A DNA stretch of 63,252 nt, the filler included, from Licmophora abbreviata (Eukaryota): the NCBI GenBank assembly GCA_900291995.1. It is 12 parts of 12 records of this genome, joined end to end, with 100 filler letters (N's around TTAATTAATTAA, not from the genome) between each part and the next. Parts side by side here need not be neighbours in the genome. Positions count along the whole stretch, not along the records: positions 7,336 to 14,638 come from OLMU01001640.1; positions 14,739 to 18,817 come from OLMU01001641.1; positions 18,918 to 24,443 come from OLMU01001642.1; positions 24,544 to 29,302 come from OLMU01001643.1; 8 more parts are not named here. One strand, 5' to 3'. Positions 12,667 to 25,817 of this stretch are shown here, in pieces. Position 1 is the stretch's first letter; the number at the start of each line of letters is the position of its first letter. The position numbers and the translations under genes were made by a program. The notes below the pieces were generated by a model that was given only the letters and a program-made list of their open reading frames with translations, did no database searches and had not been told where the DNA came from.

Positions 12667-13169
12667 ATGACTAGTACAAGAGAACAGTCGAAAACAGAAA
12701 TGTCCTCGTTGCTAGTACCAGCAGTCGCAGATGACGAGACACCAACAAATTTGGAACCAAACGACAAGACTCGCAAAAACTCGCCGCAGCAACGTCTCCC
12801 CACCGTCAAGACGCTCGTATGGAACGGCGGTGCCGTTCTCCCCAACGCGGGATCGACAGCTCGCGATCACCTTGCCAACGAACGAACGTACCTGGCATGG
12901 CTGCGGACCGGACTGGCACTGATTGGTGCCAGTTTGGCCTTGTTGAAATGGGACGTCACCGACAACCACAATGCTGCCTTGGCAGGATACCTTGTGGCGG
13001 TGGTCGGATTGTCGTTCTGGTTCTCTCCACGCGACGGTACTTTCGAGTCATGCAGCTCTTGGAGCAAGGCATGTTTGAACCCAATGTTCAAAGTGTCGTA
13101 GTCTTGTTGCTAGTCTTGGTCGCGGCCATTGTCGCTGCCTTTGTGTTGCATCTCATGGATTCACTGTGA
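12667..13169 (+). CDS. DUF202 (YidH-like) small membrane protein; apparent 1-nt deletion
   Basis: ARDHLANERTYLAWLRTGLALIG signature. The third TM segment and RRYFRVMQLLEQG appear only after a frameshift at ~13006-13008 (gtc gg att gtc). Confidence 0.8.
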
Positions 13170-13317
13170 GGATGGTGACGTTAGTATTTTACTGTTGTGG
13201 ATGTAGACTATGACGAGGAAGACAACGCTTTCTCTTGCTAATCATAGAGGCTTTTCTAAGGCATCACAATCGAACATGGCACACCGTTCCTTACTACTCT
13301 TAAGATCCTCACACGTG

Positions 13318-14388
13318 TCAATACTTCGATTGCGGTGGACGGTTGCCGTTATTGGAGTCGTCTCCATCCCTCTTGTGATCATTGTCATTCTTCTTTGATC
13401 GTCTTGTTGATCCAAACGGCAACTTGCGAGGCGGCCGATGAACGTCTGCCTCGTTCTCGTCGTCTTGTTGTTGCTGTTGGTGGTGATTTCGTCGTGAGGC
13501 ATGTCGGAACGATTCGTCCATTGTTCCTCCCTCGACGGGATGCTGAAAGAACCGTCGTGCCACCACATCATGTGTATTCGCATCACGCAAACGGCGTGGA
13601 GGAACGTCGTCGACATTGTCATCACCCGTCGTTTCGACATGCCGTTCGATCGTTCCATCAGGTTTTGTAGTCACACGTTCCGTCGTCGTTTGTTGCTTTC
13701 CATTGACAGTGCGCGTGGTAGTAGTTTGTCTTGTATGACCTTGCGGACCGATAGACGTGCTTGTACTACTGCTGCTGTACGAGGAAAAGTAGTGCTGCGG
13801 CGGTCGTGAATTGCCATCTGTTGGAGGAATGCCACCGCCCGATTGTTGTTGATGTTGTTGCATTTGTTCAAACATGCTCCGTCGCATATCAGAAAAGACA
13901 TCACCAAACATGCTTCCACCGCCTCCTCGAAAGAAAGGACCACCAAGTGGACCACTCTCGGAAAAGAATGGATCCTGCTGCATCATTCCAGATGCACCAA
14001 AGGTATTCGAAGGATAGTGAGGACCATGGTGCGACGGATGACCAAACTCTTGTCCAAAGACTTGCGCAAAGACTTGAAAGGGATCGTGAAAGGCAGAAAA
14101 CGCAGCGTTGTTGTTGTTGTTGTTCCATGGTTGCTGCTGCTGCTGCTGCTGCTGCTGATAGTTCCTATCGTACTGTCTGCGCTTGTCCTTGTCAGTCAAG
14201 AGTTCGTAGGCATGGGAAATTTCGGCAAATTTGGAATGGGCAGTCCGTTTGGCAGCTTCCGTCTTTTGCTTGTCGGGATGATGACGAAGAGCCAATCGTC
14301 GGTAGGCAGCACGAATCTCACTGTCACTGGTGTCTTGAGAGACTCCTAGAATCTCGTAGGGATTCGGAGTGTCTTCGTTGTTGTGCAT
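13318..14388 (-). CDS. DnaJ/Hsp40 J-domain protein (DNAJB6-like architecture)
   Basis: PYEILGV...YRRLALRHHPDK...FAEISHAYELLTD J-domain, G/F-rich region, S/T-rich region (SSSSTSTS..TTTRTVNGK). Confidence 0.92.
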   Translation of the reverse strand: MHNNEDTPNPYEILGVSQDTSDSEIRAAYRRLALRHHPDKQKTEAAKRTAHSKFAEISHAYELLTDKDKRRQYDRNYQQQQQQQQQPWNNNNNNAAFSAFHDPFQVFAQVFGQEFGHPSHHGPHYPSNTFGASGMMQQDPFFSESGPLGGPFFRGGGGSMFGDVFSDMRRSMFEQMQQHQQQSGGGIPPTDGNSRPPQHYFSSYSSSSTSTSIGPQGHTRQTTTTRTVNGKQQTTTERVTTKPDGTIERHVETTGDDNVDDVPPRRLRDANTHDVVARRFFQHPVEGGTMDESFRHASRRNHHQQQQQDDENEADVHRPPRKLPFGSTRRSKKNDNDHKRDGDDSNNGNRPPQSKY

Positions 14389-14843
14389 GCTTGTGTACGG
14401 CGATTTTCACACGGGAGCAATTTGACTAAATCAAAACTCAAAACTCAGGGACTGATGGATAAGGAATGAGCAAAGCTGGTGCGCTTGCTTTCGATATTGC
14501 AAAGTTATCCAACAGCTCTACCAATATGGGAAGGTCCTACAGTATCCTAGACTAGCTCCCCTAGTGCAGTTATGATAGTTGTAACAGTGAAGGCCGCTTT
14601 CGTGTCTTTCATCGTCGTGCGATGTCTCCAGTTGTGACNNNNNNNNNNNNNNNNNNNNNNNNNNNNNNNNNNNNNNNNNNNNTTAATTAATTAANNNNNN
14701 NNNNNNNNNNNNNNNNNNNNNNNNNNNNNNNNNNNNNNGCGCACACAAAAATAGTTCAAAGTTGACCATGGTGCGATGATGCATATATCACAGGCGTCGT
14801 TTCGCACAGGGTATTATCATCTTCTTCGAACGGGCGAAACATC

Positions 14844-16395
14844 ATGAATCTTCTGTTCCAAGACAAACTCCTGGTCGACGACCGAGTACCGCTGTGGTCG
14901 TTCGACTTGCAGGGAGTGTCGGGGCGCGACGACATCGTTCGAATCGAATTTCTACCTCCCAAGCCCACGTTTATCTTTCAAGTTCTAGTGATCATCACCA
15001 TTCAGATTCTACTGGCCCATCTTCTTTCCCTTTTCGCATACTACGGCATTCTTCGAACAACGACAGCATCCACGAACAAACTCATTGTTGGCGTTGGCTT
15101 CATTATTCCCCTTGCACTCTTCTCTCCCTTTTATCTCGCGGACTCGTTGGACATTCGCGCCAGTTGCTTGCGGATGGGTCTCTGTGCACTTCCACTCACT
15201 GTCGTGTTTCGCACTTTACAAGGTAAGAGACAAAAAGAGACGACCGTGAATACTACTGCTTTTGACTGCTGACACTAACATCCTGTAATGTGTGATCCCA
15301 TGATTTTTGTCTGTCTGTTGCAAGCCATGTGTGGATTCACTCCAAAGGCGCAGACAGCCACACTCTACGACTTTCAATGTCACTTTGCTTTCTTTTATCA
15401 CCCGAAACTCGATCCAAACAACAACCACGCAACGCCCCTGTCTGTCGACGCATCCTACGGCAGGACCATACTTGTCCGATATATGCTTTGGAACATCAGC
15501 ATGGCAGCCATCTATTCTTGTTTGGTATCCATAGATTCCTTCGAACCCTTTCCGACGAAACGGGCATCGCATGAACTGCACGTTGCCTTGGACGATGCCG
15601 GCCACCTTGCCAACAATTTTCTGGCTGCAGGTATTGTGGGTTGGAGCATCGACGACCGGCGGAGTGTGCCGATGCCGCCATCTCTCACATAATCTTTCTC
15701 CTTGATCTTTCAGTCATTCTCAGTATGTCACTATCTCTCAGTATGAATGGTATTGCGCCACTGGTAGCTCTCCTAGGTGGTTTCCAGTGCGAACCCATCA
15801 TGGACCATCCCATGTTCCAATCCGCGTCGCCCTCTGACTTTTGGGGACGACGTTGGAATCGAATGGTGCACGCCGATTTAAAGGTATGATGTGACTGTGA
15901 GTTATTGGTAGACCTTGTTGGCTTCTCCTAACACTTGTTATGCTACAGAACGGAGTCTACCTGCCCGTTCGATCGTTCACATCCTCGCGACAGTTGGCCA
16001 CGCTGGCAACCTTTCTCGCCTCCGGTCTCATTCACGAGTATGTATGGTACGTCTTGTTCTACTGCAATCGTCACCAACAACTCGCCAGAACGGAAGAGTG
16101 CTACGAACCACAATATGGCAAGAATCTCTTGTTCTTTCTTTGGAATGGCTGTTTGCTGTTGCTGGAGTATGCCGTCGCGGTGCGTGACAATGGTGATGAC
16201 ACATTATGGAGTGCTATGATTCGCAAGCGGGTTCATACTGCAGTAAAACAGCTCCCAAAACCGATCGTTTCGCTGGGTGTTGTTGCAATGGCGCTGCCTG
16301 TGGGACACTTCCTGACCGGCGACCTCATTGCGGGTGGGTACATTCCACAGTTGCGAGTTGCGTTTCCGTTGTTGATTGTTTCCAGAGGAGTATGA
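14844..16395 (+). CDS. MBOAT-family (wax synthase-like, MBOAT_2) O-acyltransferase
   Basis: Exons 14844-15222, 15325-15630, 15714-15883 and 15949-16395 splice in frame. Motifs SPSDFWGRRWNRMVH and ATFLASGLIHEY (catalytic His); multiple TM segments. Confidence 0.85.
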
Positions 16396-16726
16396 TTGAT
16401 AGTTGAAGCGTTACTTTTTAGAGCCGTCCTTTCGCGAAAGTGTATCATACGGAAATGTGTCGTAGATAGCGTCCTTGTAGAGCCAACCCGAGCTTGCTAT
16501 TGGAAAGAATGGATCTACAACCAGACTGCACTCTACCAGGTATCGTTATCGGCTCACCGCGTGTATGATGAATATCAGATTCCGCGAAACGTCGTGCTCT
16601 CTAGATTAGCAAAGAGTGCATGCGAGCTCGTGGTCGACACAAAACGTCGACGCACCGCGGGGTCACGACCATGGGAATGTCGACGTGCGATCGTCGTCTC
16701 TTATAGCACTCCACACCACCGCCACT

Positions 16727-18328
16727 ATGTCTTCTCATCACTCCAAGAACCCTCCCAAGAAGAAACGGCGTCAGCTTGTCTTCATTCACTTGGATTTGGG
16801 CATTGGCGGCGCCGAAATGCTCGTGCTGCAGTTGGCCCGCGCGAGCGTCGAGGCGGGACACTCGGTGCAGATCGTCACGTCGCACTGCAGTCAGTCGCAC
16901 TGTTTTGGACTCGTCAAGAAGCCGAGTGGCTTACTCTGTGATAACGTGGTCGTGTGGGGAAATTGGATTCCAGCCAATATCTTTGGAATCGGAACTGCAC
17001 TCTGCAGTACTCTACGGGTGCTCTACTTGAGTCTTCGAGTCTTGTTGGTGTATGGAAGACGACGAAGCGGTCGTGACGAGCAAGATCGGCCCGTGGTGGT
17101 TCTAGACGTCCTACCGACTCCAATACCCTTGTTAGTTTCCTGCTTTCATGTCCTGTTTTACTGTCACTTTCCCGACAAGCTACTGACGCGCGATACCACA
17201 GTCCTTGATACTACTATTAGTGGAAGTAGTGTTGGAGGCGGTGAGTCGCCGGTCACCGCGAGGAACAGCGGTACTACTGTTTCTACGGTATCTCCCATGA
17301 TGCCAAGATTCTATCGACGCCTTTTGGATTCCTTGGAAGAGCGAACAATCCAGTCTGCGGACGTTCTAGTGGTCAATTCCAACTTCACGAAACGGACCGT
17401 GCAACGGGAGTTCACGTCGCTTCGAGATAAACCGATGCATGTCTTGTATCCTGCGCTTGATGATACGGATGAAGGTACAACGGAACAAGAGCAAGACGAT
17501 GGCAGTACCCCAGCGTCACGCGCCGCACCGATTGTCTCTCTGAATCGCTTTGAACGCAAAAAGAATATCGACTTGGCCTTGTACGCTTACGCGCGGTTGC
17601 GACAGAGGCTGCTGCGGGAATCCGACCACAAGGCTAGTATGACAACAGCACTACTGCTGCAACGTCATCCATTGATTATTGCCGGAGGATACGACATTCA
17701 CAATGCCGAAAACGTCGAGTACATGGGTGAACTCAAGAAGCTTGCCAAAGCATTGCAATTGAACAATGAGTGTGTCTCCTTTCGTCCCAGCGTTTCCGAT
17801 TCCGAACGCGCGCGGCTACTGTCGACAGCTTTGTGTGTATTGTATACGCCTCACAACGAACACTTTGGCATTGTGCCATTAGAAGTCATGTATCGCAAAC
17901 GGCCTGTCGTTTGTGTTCGTTCTGGGGGTCCGCTTGAGACGGTCGTCCACGGTACTACTGGATTTCTCTGTGAGAATACTCCGGAATCGTTTGGCGACGC
18001 CATGTATGACTTGGTGAAGGATCCCCAAAAGGCAAAACGAATGGGAATAGCGGGACATGAGCATGTGGTGACCAAATTTGGTGTCGAACGATTTCAGCGT
18101 CAGTGGTGTGCGTTGATTGAAGAGACGGTGAAGTGTGGGCAGCTTCGGCGGCGTCACAATGGTGGGTATGTGGTAGGGAGCGGAGCCGTTCGTATCATGC
18201 TGGAAGCAGCGGTCGTGTTGCTGGGCGTGTGGCTATTGACGCTCTTGCTGCGAAAGCTCGGGTGGATTGCTACCGATTCACACATACTGGGTTCGCTTCA
18301 ACGCGCGTGGCGTGGGGAAGAGCTGTAG
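16727..18328 (+). CDS. ALG2: Alpha-1,3/1,6-mannosyltransferase (GT4)
   Basis: FIHLDLGIGGAE, LFYCHFPDKLL, SLNRFERKKNI, AGGYD..ENVEY, YTPHNEHFGIVPLE..SGGPLETV, C-terminal TM segment. Confidence 0.95.
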   Translation: MSSHHSKNPPKKKRRQLVFIHLDLGIGGAEMLVLQLARASVEAGHSVQIVTSHCSQSHCFGLVKKPSGLLCDNVVVWGNWIPANIFGIGTALCSTLRVLYLSLRVLLVYGRRRSGRDEQDRPVVVLDVLPTPIPLLVSCFHVLFYCHFPDKLLTRDTTVLDTTISGSSVGGGESPVTARNSGTTVSTVSPMMPRFYRRLLDSLEERTIQSADVLVVNSNFTKRTVQREFTSLRDKPMHVLYPALDDTDEGTTEQEQDDGSTPASRAAPIVSLNRFERKKNIDLALYAYARLRQRLLRESDHKASMTTALLLQRHPLIIAGGYDIHNAENVEYMGELKKLAKALQLNNECVSFRPSVSDSERARLLSTALCVLYTPHNEHFGIVPLEVMYRKRPVVCVRSGGPLETVVHGTTGFLCENTPESFGDAMYDLVKDPQKAKRMGIAGHEHVVTKFGVERFQRQWCALIEETVKCGQLRRRHNGGYVVGSGAVRIMLEAAVVLLGVWLLTLLLRKLGWIATDSHILGSLQRAWRGEEL

Positions 18329-18538
18329 TAAATTTGGAGACGATATAATAGAGTATTACTTGCGGGCGACGAAGCTGTATCGTCCGCCTTGTCGCGAAGC
18401 ACCACACCTCGCATATATAGTAAGTCGTTCGACAATGGCATACATAATGAAAGATTTAGTAGATGCTTTATCCTTGTTTTTTCTCTTGTGTTTAATCTTT
18501 GTGGTGAGATCTTCCATGATTCTAAAAAGCTCCATGGT

Positions 18539-21500
18539 TTACATGTACTCCATGCCATCCAACTCCTTCTGAAGGGAGGCGATTTGCGCCTGAACCGCAG
18601 CAGCCTTGACAGACTTGACCTTCTCCTCAAGGTCATTCGACTTTTCGGCGAAGAACGAAACGACCGCCTGGTTATCTTCCCAGTCGCCAGAGAACATTCC
18701 CTCGATAATATCCACGGCGGCATCCATGGAGAGCGATGGGTTGGCCGCGCATAATTTGGCGACAAAGGCGTCCTCCGAGATACGGCGCTGGGCACGGTAG
18801 TAGAAGAACTCGCGAGANNNNNNNNNNNNNNNNNNNNNNNNNNNNNNNNNNNNNNNNNNNNTTAATTAATTAANNNNNNNNNNNNNNNNNNNNNNNNNNN
18901 NNNNNNNNNNNNNNNNNTGATGGCGTTCTGGGCATCGTCAAAGTCAGTCATCTCCAACTCAGAGTCAAGCTGTTGGAGCTGCGGGTCCAGTCGGTGCATG
19001 ACCTTTAGTTGGTCCGGAAGACGGAACTTGACCTCCGTGATACCAGCGGGCTCCAAAATACCGCCACGCGAGTCCGGATCGGCGTACATCTCCATCTTCG
19101 CATCATTGATCGTGGGATCAACAACGACCCACGATCCTCCACGCAGCTCTCCATGGGGCGGAAGGTAGATGTAGACGGGATGCTCGTACTCGCGAAGGGC
19201 ATCGACAATCATGGATCCGAACCTGTTGGAAAGAGTCGAGGGAACGAGACAACGAGGTAAGAAAGACTGTTGCTGGTCTCCAAGAATACATTGACGACTG
19301 CAAAAAGGGCACTTACTTGAGAATCTCTCCGGCCATATCACGACTTCCGCCGCTGAATCCTCTCCAGTTGGCAAAGATCATTATGGGAAGACCTTCCTTG
19401 TCAAAGTCCCGGATAGCCTGGGCAGTCTTGTACGATGAGTCCGGGAACAAGACCTGGCCAGCCTGCGGCTGAACAGCCTCACGAGAGTTGGGGTCAGCAG
19501 GATCGGCTGGAACGACCTTGTCGACAAGGCGAGTCTCCACAGCGATGGCTCCCATTGGGATGCCTCCAAGACGACCGCGACCGATAACAACGCTCTTTCC
19601 CCATCCCTCCAGATACTCCTTGAAACTTCCCTTATCGAAGAAGCCAGGCATGTCGCTCGTCCCGGACAACATGAGACGCGGGTCGTACGGCGTAGGGGTA
19701 GGACGCCATGCGACATCACGGTCGATGGGATCAGAGCTCTCGCGGCTCGCGGGCAGGGCTCCAACCTCCTTGGGAACAAAACTGAGCCACTTGAGAATAG
19801 AAGCGACACCTTCCTGGTCGTTGCTGACCGTCTCGTGCGTGACACCATTGGGGACCATGATTTGTGGGCCACCAAGCTGGTCCTGAGAGTTGTACACTTC
19901 ACGTCCTAGAAGCTTGTTCAGCGCAGAGTAACCCGTAAGGATGATCGGTCCCTGCTCCATCTGAATGACTCGCTGTCCCAATCGCACAAGGTACGCTCCA
20001 ATACCCACACTGCGTCCGGTGACATAGCTTAGTGTAAAGATCTCGTCGTACGCCTTCGAGGTCTCTCCGGCAATCTTTCCACTTCCCTGAAGATTCTCGA
20101 CTCCAATACCATGCTCTGTGCCGATGATATCGTCGAGGGCCCAGCCTTCGTCAACCTTGTGGGCGATGACGGCTCCCTCTGGAAGGGCATTGTAGTCCTC
20201 GTCGCTCAGGTAGAGGTAATCGAAGCCCTTGCTCGGGCTGGCTTCGTCGAAGAACTTGATCTTCATCTTTGGCTTGAGCTCATCCACCAGTCCGATTCTC
20301 GCGCCAGCGTTACAGGCAATATAGAGACGAGGCAGCTTACGCTCACGCGCGTACACGGATGCCTTGTAGTACAGTTCATCTTCTTGTACACCGAAAGAAC
20401 CACTCTGAACAGTCACATCGTTAGCGATAACAACAACTTGGCGACCCTCGGGGTACTCCGGCGTCTTCATTGAAACAGTCCAGGCGACCATTCCGATTTT
20501 GTTGCTTCCAATCGGTCTCGAGCCTGGAGCAAGCACTCCGTCTTCGTCAATAAGCTCTTCGGCCTGGAACAGGTTCGATGGCAGCTCAATATCCGAATCT
20601 TCAGGAAGCTGCTTGAGGTACGCATCCCATTCTCCGATCAACCCAACCTCCATCAGACCAAGGAAATCATAAGCATACGTGGATCCGACTCGACGGGCGA
20701 TCGCTCGCTTGGTCTGCACGACATTGGTTGCAGAGTATGGATCAAGGAAGCACATTTCAGCGTCTTCGCCAATGACGCAGTATTCACGCGTGAGCCCAGT
20801 AATGGGATCGGGTTTCTCGAGTAAGGCAGTCGGCTTCAACCATTCTCCTTCCATCGAAGAGGCAACAAGACGGACCGACTGCAGCACTGTCTCTCCGTCC
20901 GAACCCTTTGTTGGAATGCGGACCTTCACTTCAATCTCGTCGACTCGCAACTTGAGGAGGCGCTGCGCAAGCTGACTCTTCAGTCTTCCCATAATTTCTT
21001 GAAGCGAGTGGCGATCTGCTCCGGCGAAGTGCCTTCCAACTCGACTAGCGAGTGCAAGAAAATTCGACTCGACGACTGAAGATTGACTTTCGTGTTCGCC
21101 TGCGCTCGCTCAAGCTCATCTAGACCTTGCATCAACGCGTGCTTTGCGCCGCGCTCGGTGACCAAACCTGGGGTGTGCGAAAGACCGCGAACAAAGACAA
21201 CCTGCGGAGGTCCCCCTCGAGCCGGCTTGGCGTCCTTCTCGACACCAACATAGACCTGGGCATTCTTTCCAATCGCCGGCAAGCGTTCCAAGTCGAAGAC
21301 GTCATTGAGGCGTGAGAGCTCAAGGATGTGGTGGAAGGTGGGGCGCATGTTACGACGAAGCGGGTCCTCCGCATATCCCTTCTCGTGGGGGAAGGTGAAG
21401 TAAAGAGGCTCCTTCTCCGAAACGGGGAGAAGAGCGTTGACCGTTCGCACGCCAAGCATCTTTAACTTGTCGCCCTGAGCGACTAGTGCCTTCTCGATTG

Positions 21501-24500
21501 CATCGACACCGCCGTTGAGGTCACCCTTGACAGCTGCGATCTGAAGTACGTTGACGGGGCCGCCAGCCTCCTTGGTGGAAGACTTCTCACCCAACTCACC
21601 AGCAAACTTGTCAAGAATGGATGGAAGTTCACCGGCAAGCTTGTCCAGGGACTGAACAATGGTCAAGTGGCCGTGACGAAGAAGCGCCTCCGAGGTCTCG
21701 ATGTCGGAAAAGCGGAAAGACCAGGCGCACGTCATGCTACCGTCGGCCTCACCGATCTCAATGTCTTGGATATGATGAGCACGGTAGACGCGACGTGTGT
21801 AGACTTCGACCGCAGCCTTGCGAACAGCAGTATCATCGTCTGCGAAGAGGTAGGTCAACAAATCAACACCGGCAGATAGCGTAGGGCTCTTGGCGAGCTC
21901 GCTGAAATCGGTCGATGGGTCGAGCAACTGAGCACGGAGCTCGTCCACTCGGTCATCGAAAGGGGGTACTTCAGACTGGCGAATAATGGCATCGGCAGAT
22001 AGAGCGATTTCACCATAGCTTTTACCCTTCAAAGCCGCCAAATCTTTCAACGTAGCAAGCAAGTCGTCAGGGATGTTCACGATTCCGAAGCGTTCGCTGA
22101 AGTTCTCGACCTGTCGAAGCACGTCCAAAACAAGTTTCGACCTGAGAGGCAGCTGCATATGAGCAAGATTCTCAGTGATGACGACGTCCAAGCTCTCTGT
22201 GTTTGCCTTTGCCAAGTCTCGGACAGCATCATCCAAGAGCTTGTCGCTGAAAATTCTTTCAACGCGCAAGAATTCGTTCAGCGTTTCGGTGACAAACGCT
22301 GCTGCGGACTCGAAGTCTTCTTTGTCAGCAAGCGCAGCCTGGACAGCAGCGTTAGGATCGTTGTTGAAACCACCCAGAATGTTGAAAACCTGCTCACCAG
22401 GATCGGTCTCAATATCAACAGATGGGATATCAAGCGCTCCGTCGAAGACAGCAATCTTCTTGACCTTGGATGGGTCTTTCAGCTCCAAGCTGGCAAGCAA
22501 ATCTCCGGCACCAATTACGGATCCAGGTGAAAGACTGGGAGTGATCTTTCCACTTTCCGTCGCCTTGAGCGGCATAATCATCTTCATGGCTTCGACCTCG
22601 ACGTAAGGTTCGCCGACATTTACCTCGGCCCCAGGATCTTGGAGATAGCGGACAACTTTTCCTGTAACATCCGTACGAAGTTCGGATGGGTCAAAGATAG
22701 TGGGCCTGAAAAAAGAGAAAAGGAATTGAGATCGCATTTGGTCAGAGCAAGTCGACGCCAAGGCAAACGCCAGAGGAGCTGGTCGGACTCACATCAAAAT
22801 TGTGACGCCGTCGACGACAAGTCGCAGCCCAAGTGGTTCTTCCATTCCAAAAATACGATGAGACTCGCCTCCAAACGATGCAAGTAGCGCTCCCTCAGCA
22901 CTCTGCGTGACCTGGGCTTCCATACTGTGACCGTTGATGGTGAATCGGAACACGTCCGTTGCAATTCGCTCTACCTCGAAGGGGTATTTCACGTCCTCAT
23001 AAGCGATCTCAAGTTCGAAAGAGTTGATTCCAGGAATGGCACCGACAGACACTTGACCCTTCTCGAGAGATTCCTTGAGAGCATCGGTTTCAGTCTATGA
23101 TCGAAAGGAGTGACACGAATTAGAATTGCCATTCTCAAACTACACACAGCAAACATTAAGTGCACCGACTTACGCGGACGTGCTCGAACGCACGGAAGAT
23201 AGCAGCCGAAGTGACAACAAGGTGAGGCGGCTTCTCGATCTGTACACTCTTCTCCTTGATGAGGCCGTCCAACCAAGACGTATCAATCGTGTTCTCGATG
23301 AATTCCTTGGTTTCGAGCAGCTGTACAAGGTACTCAACCGTGGTCCGAATCTCACCACGGACTTCGATCTCCTTCAAGGCGAGAATTAGAGACTTTCTAG
23401 CTTGCTCACGAGTCGCTCCCTTTGCAAAAAGGTGACCGAACTGCGAGTCCGCAAACTCGTGAATGCCTCCGTTGGCGCCAACACTGAAGTATCCCCAGAC
23501 ATTTGAAGTGGACTGGAACTTGATGCGTTCGATGGTACCGGACGTCGGCTTGAAGCCCTCGTCCGGATTTTCGGCCGTGATACGAGCGGCTATCACATGG
23601 GAATCGATAGGGGCGTAGTCCTCTTCAAGGAAATCAATCTTGTCGGTTCCGTACATGTCAGGTTTTCCGTAAAAACGGCGAACCTCGGGAATGTTGTAAA
23701 GAGGAATGCCCATGGCAACCTGAAGCTGAGTGGCCGGCATGTTGACTCCACTGATTCCTTCCGTGACTGGATGCTCCACCTGAAGACGGGGGTTCAACTC
23801 GAGGAAGAAGAAGTTATCCGTGTCGGCATTGTAGAGGTACTCAACTGTTCCAGCGCCCTGGTATCCAATGGACTGCGTCAAACGCTGGGCAGCCTTCTGC
23901 ATTTCAGTGAAAGTTTCGGGCTTCACGATATCCGGAGGGCCCTCCTCGAAGATCTTCTGGAAACGACGTTGAGTTGAACAGTCACGGCCGTTGATGGCAA
24001 CGGCGTTGCCGTGCTGGTCTCCCACAATCTGAACCTCGATGTGACGAGCGTTCTTACAGAGCTGCATAAGAAAGATCGGGGATCCAACGACTTCGTTCTG
24101 TACTTGAATGTAGGCGTTACGGAGATCAGCTTCGTTGTCGACAAAACGAATACCCTTTCCGCCGCCACCCTCGGAAGCCTTAATCATTAGACCATTCTCG
24201 TAACCAATCTTGTTGGCGGCTTCAACAGCCTCCTCGACGTTGCGACAAGTGGCTTTCTCGAAAGTCTCTTCCGGGATGGTACCCTCATCGGTCAGGTCAG
24301 CCATGAGTGGGCCGTCGTTCTCACCGCCGTACGTGCCACTCCACGGAATCGAAGGCACCTTGGCTGTCTGAGCAAGGATGTTCGCAGCAATCTTGTCTCC
24401 GAGCACACTCATCACGGGCGATGTGGGTCCAATGAACTTGATGNNNNNNNNNNNNNNNNNNNNNNNNNNNNNNNNNNNNNNNNNNNNTTAATTAATTAAN

Positions 24501-25817
24501 NNNNNNNNNNNNNNNNNNNNNNNNNNNNNNNNNNNNNNNNNNNGTTCTCACTAGCGTGGCCCCAGCCGGGCCACACGGCGTCAACACCCTGCTCCTGGGC
24601 AATCTTGGTGATGACATCTACGTTGGCATAGTTGTTGCTGTTCTTGCCACCAGGAACTTCAACAAAGGAATCAGCGAGACGCACAAACTCGGCATTCGCC
24701 TTGAGATCTTCAGGGGTGGCCATGGCCACAAACTGAATGGCTTTCTCGTCTCCGAGCTCCATGTAGGCCCACTGCCGCATGGAGAGCACCGACTTGGTAG
24801 CGGCCATACCGTTGTTGGCAATCAGGACTTTCTTGATCGGGCGGTCGCCACCGCGAGACTTGACGTACTCTTCGACAGTCTGAGTAGCTCCCGAGACTGC
24901 GGCGTCCTCCACCGTCGACATTGACAGGCAGGTCGCCGAGTTGCAGGCCTTTGCCTGCGGAGCCTCATTTCGCAGTGCGTTCGACAGGAACGCAGCAGGA
25001 GCTGTGTGCACAGAGCAGGAGGGGAGGACTTGTTAGTCATTGCGAGTCGACTCAGTTTGAAGCGATGCGTCGGAATGGAGCATACAGGGCGTTGCTCATG
25101 ACAGAAATCGAGAAAAAGCGCAAGAAGCACGGGTTGACACCAAATTGTGAGCTTTGAAGAGCTAAACAGAATGACGTCAGTCATGCATCGACAATCTGAA
25201 GCAACATTCCGTGTCATCGTTGACACTCGTAGTCCAGCTCTGTAAAAGATGGAATCACGAAAACATAACGAGCCACTTCGAAACCCATTTGGGTTGAAGC
25301 CATCAGTTGACATGCCGACAACATGCGGAGTTGAGGTGGAAAGACGTCTAACACCAAACACGCTTTAGAAGGAAAAAGACAAGCTCCACAGGAGACGTGT
25401 ATCCTCCATGCAGTAAAAGAGAGTACGAGGGGCATGCTAGAAAACCAATCCTTTCGAAAGGATCTTCCCGTGACACCAAGACCCAAAGGATATCAGAGGA
25501 CGACGTCGCCCATAGAGAGCACGAGCTGTGTTGCCACCACTATAAGCGGGGGAAAGGACACAAATCTCCAATCCTGTTGGAGAGTTCAGGCGGGAAGCAA
25601 AACACGCGCGGCAAACGACATTTGTCCAAAAGGTATCCAGGTAGCAAGGAGATCGAGCTGAGCGATGGAATCATTCGAAACGTACGAATCGAATACGAGC
25701 AAAATTATCTTTCTTTCTCACGAAATTTGGCTTACCATTCGAGCTGAATGCGGATACGGTCGCGACGGATACCGCAAGGCATGCCGCCGCAAGAACGTAG
25801 CCGCGTCGCTGCAACAT
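18539..25817 (-). CDS. ACC1: Plastid homomeric acetyl-CoA carboxylase (BC-BCCP-CT); spans two gaps
   Basis: Exon 1 (25817-25736) [24 protein letters not shown]. Introns 25002-25735, 23095-23173, 22706-22792 and 19223-19316. BC motifs ([28 protein letters not shown]), biotin site EAMKM, CT motifs ([26 protein letters not shown]). 1-nt deletion at ~20995; stop 18539. Confidence 0.96.

Noticed and set aside
20980..21000. ACCase as a split gene or pseudogene
   Set aside because: All domains are intact and one added A restores the frame; sequencing error is far more likely.
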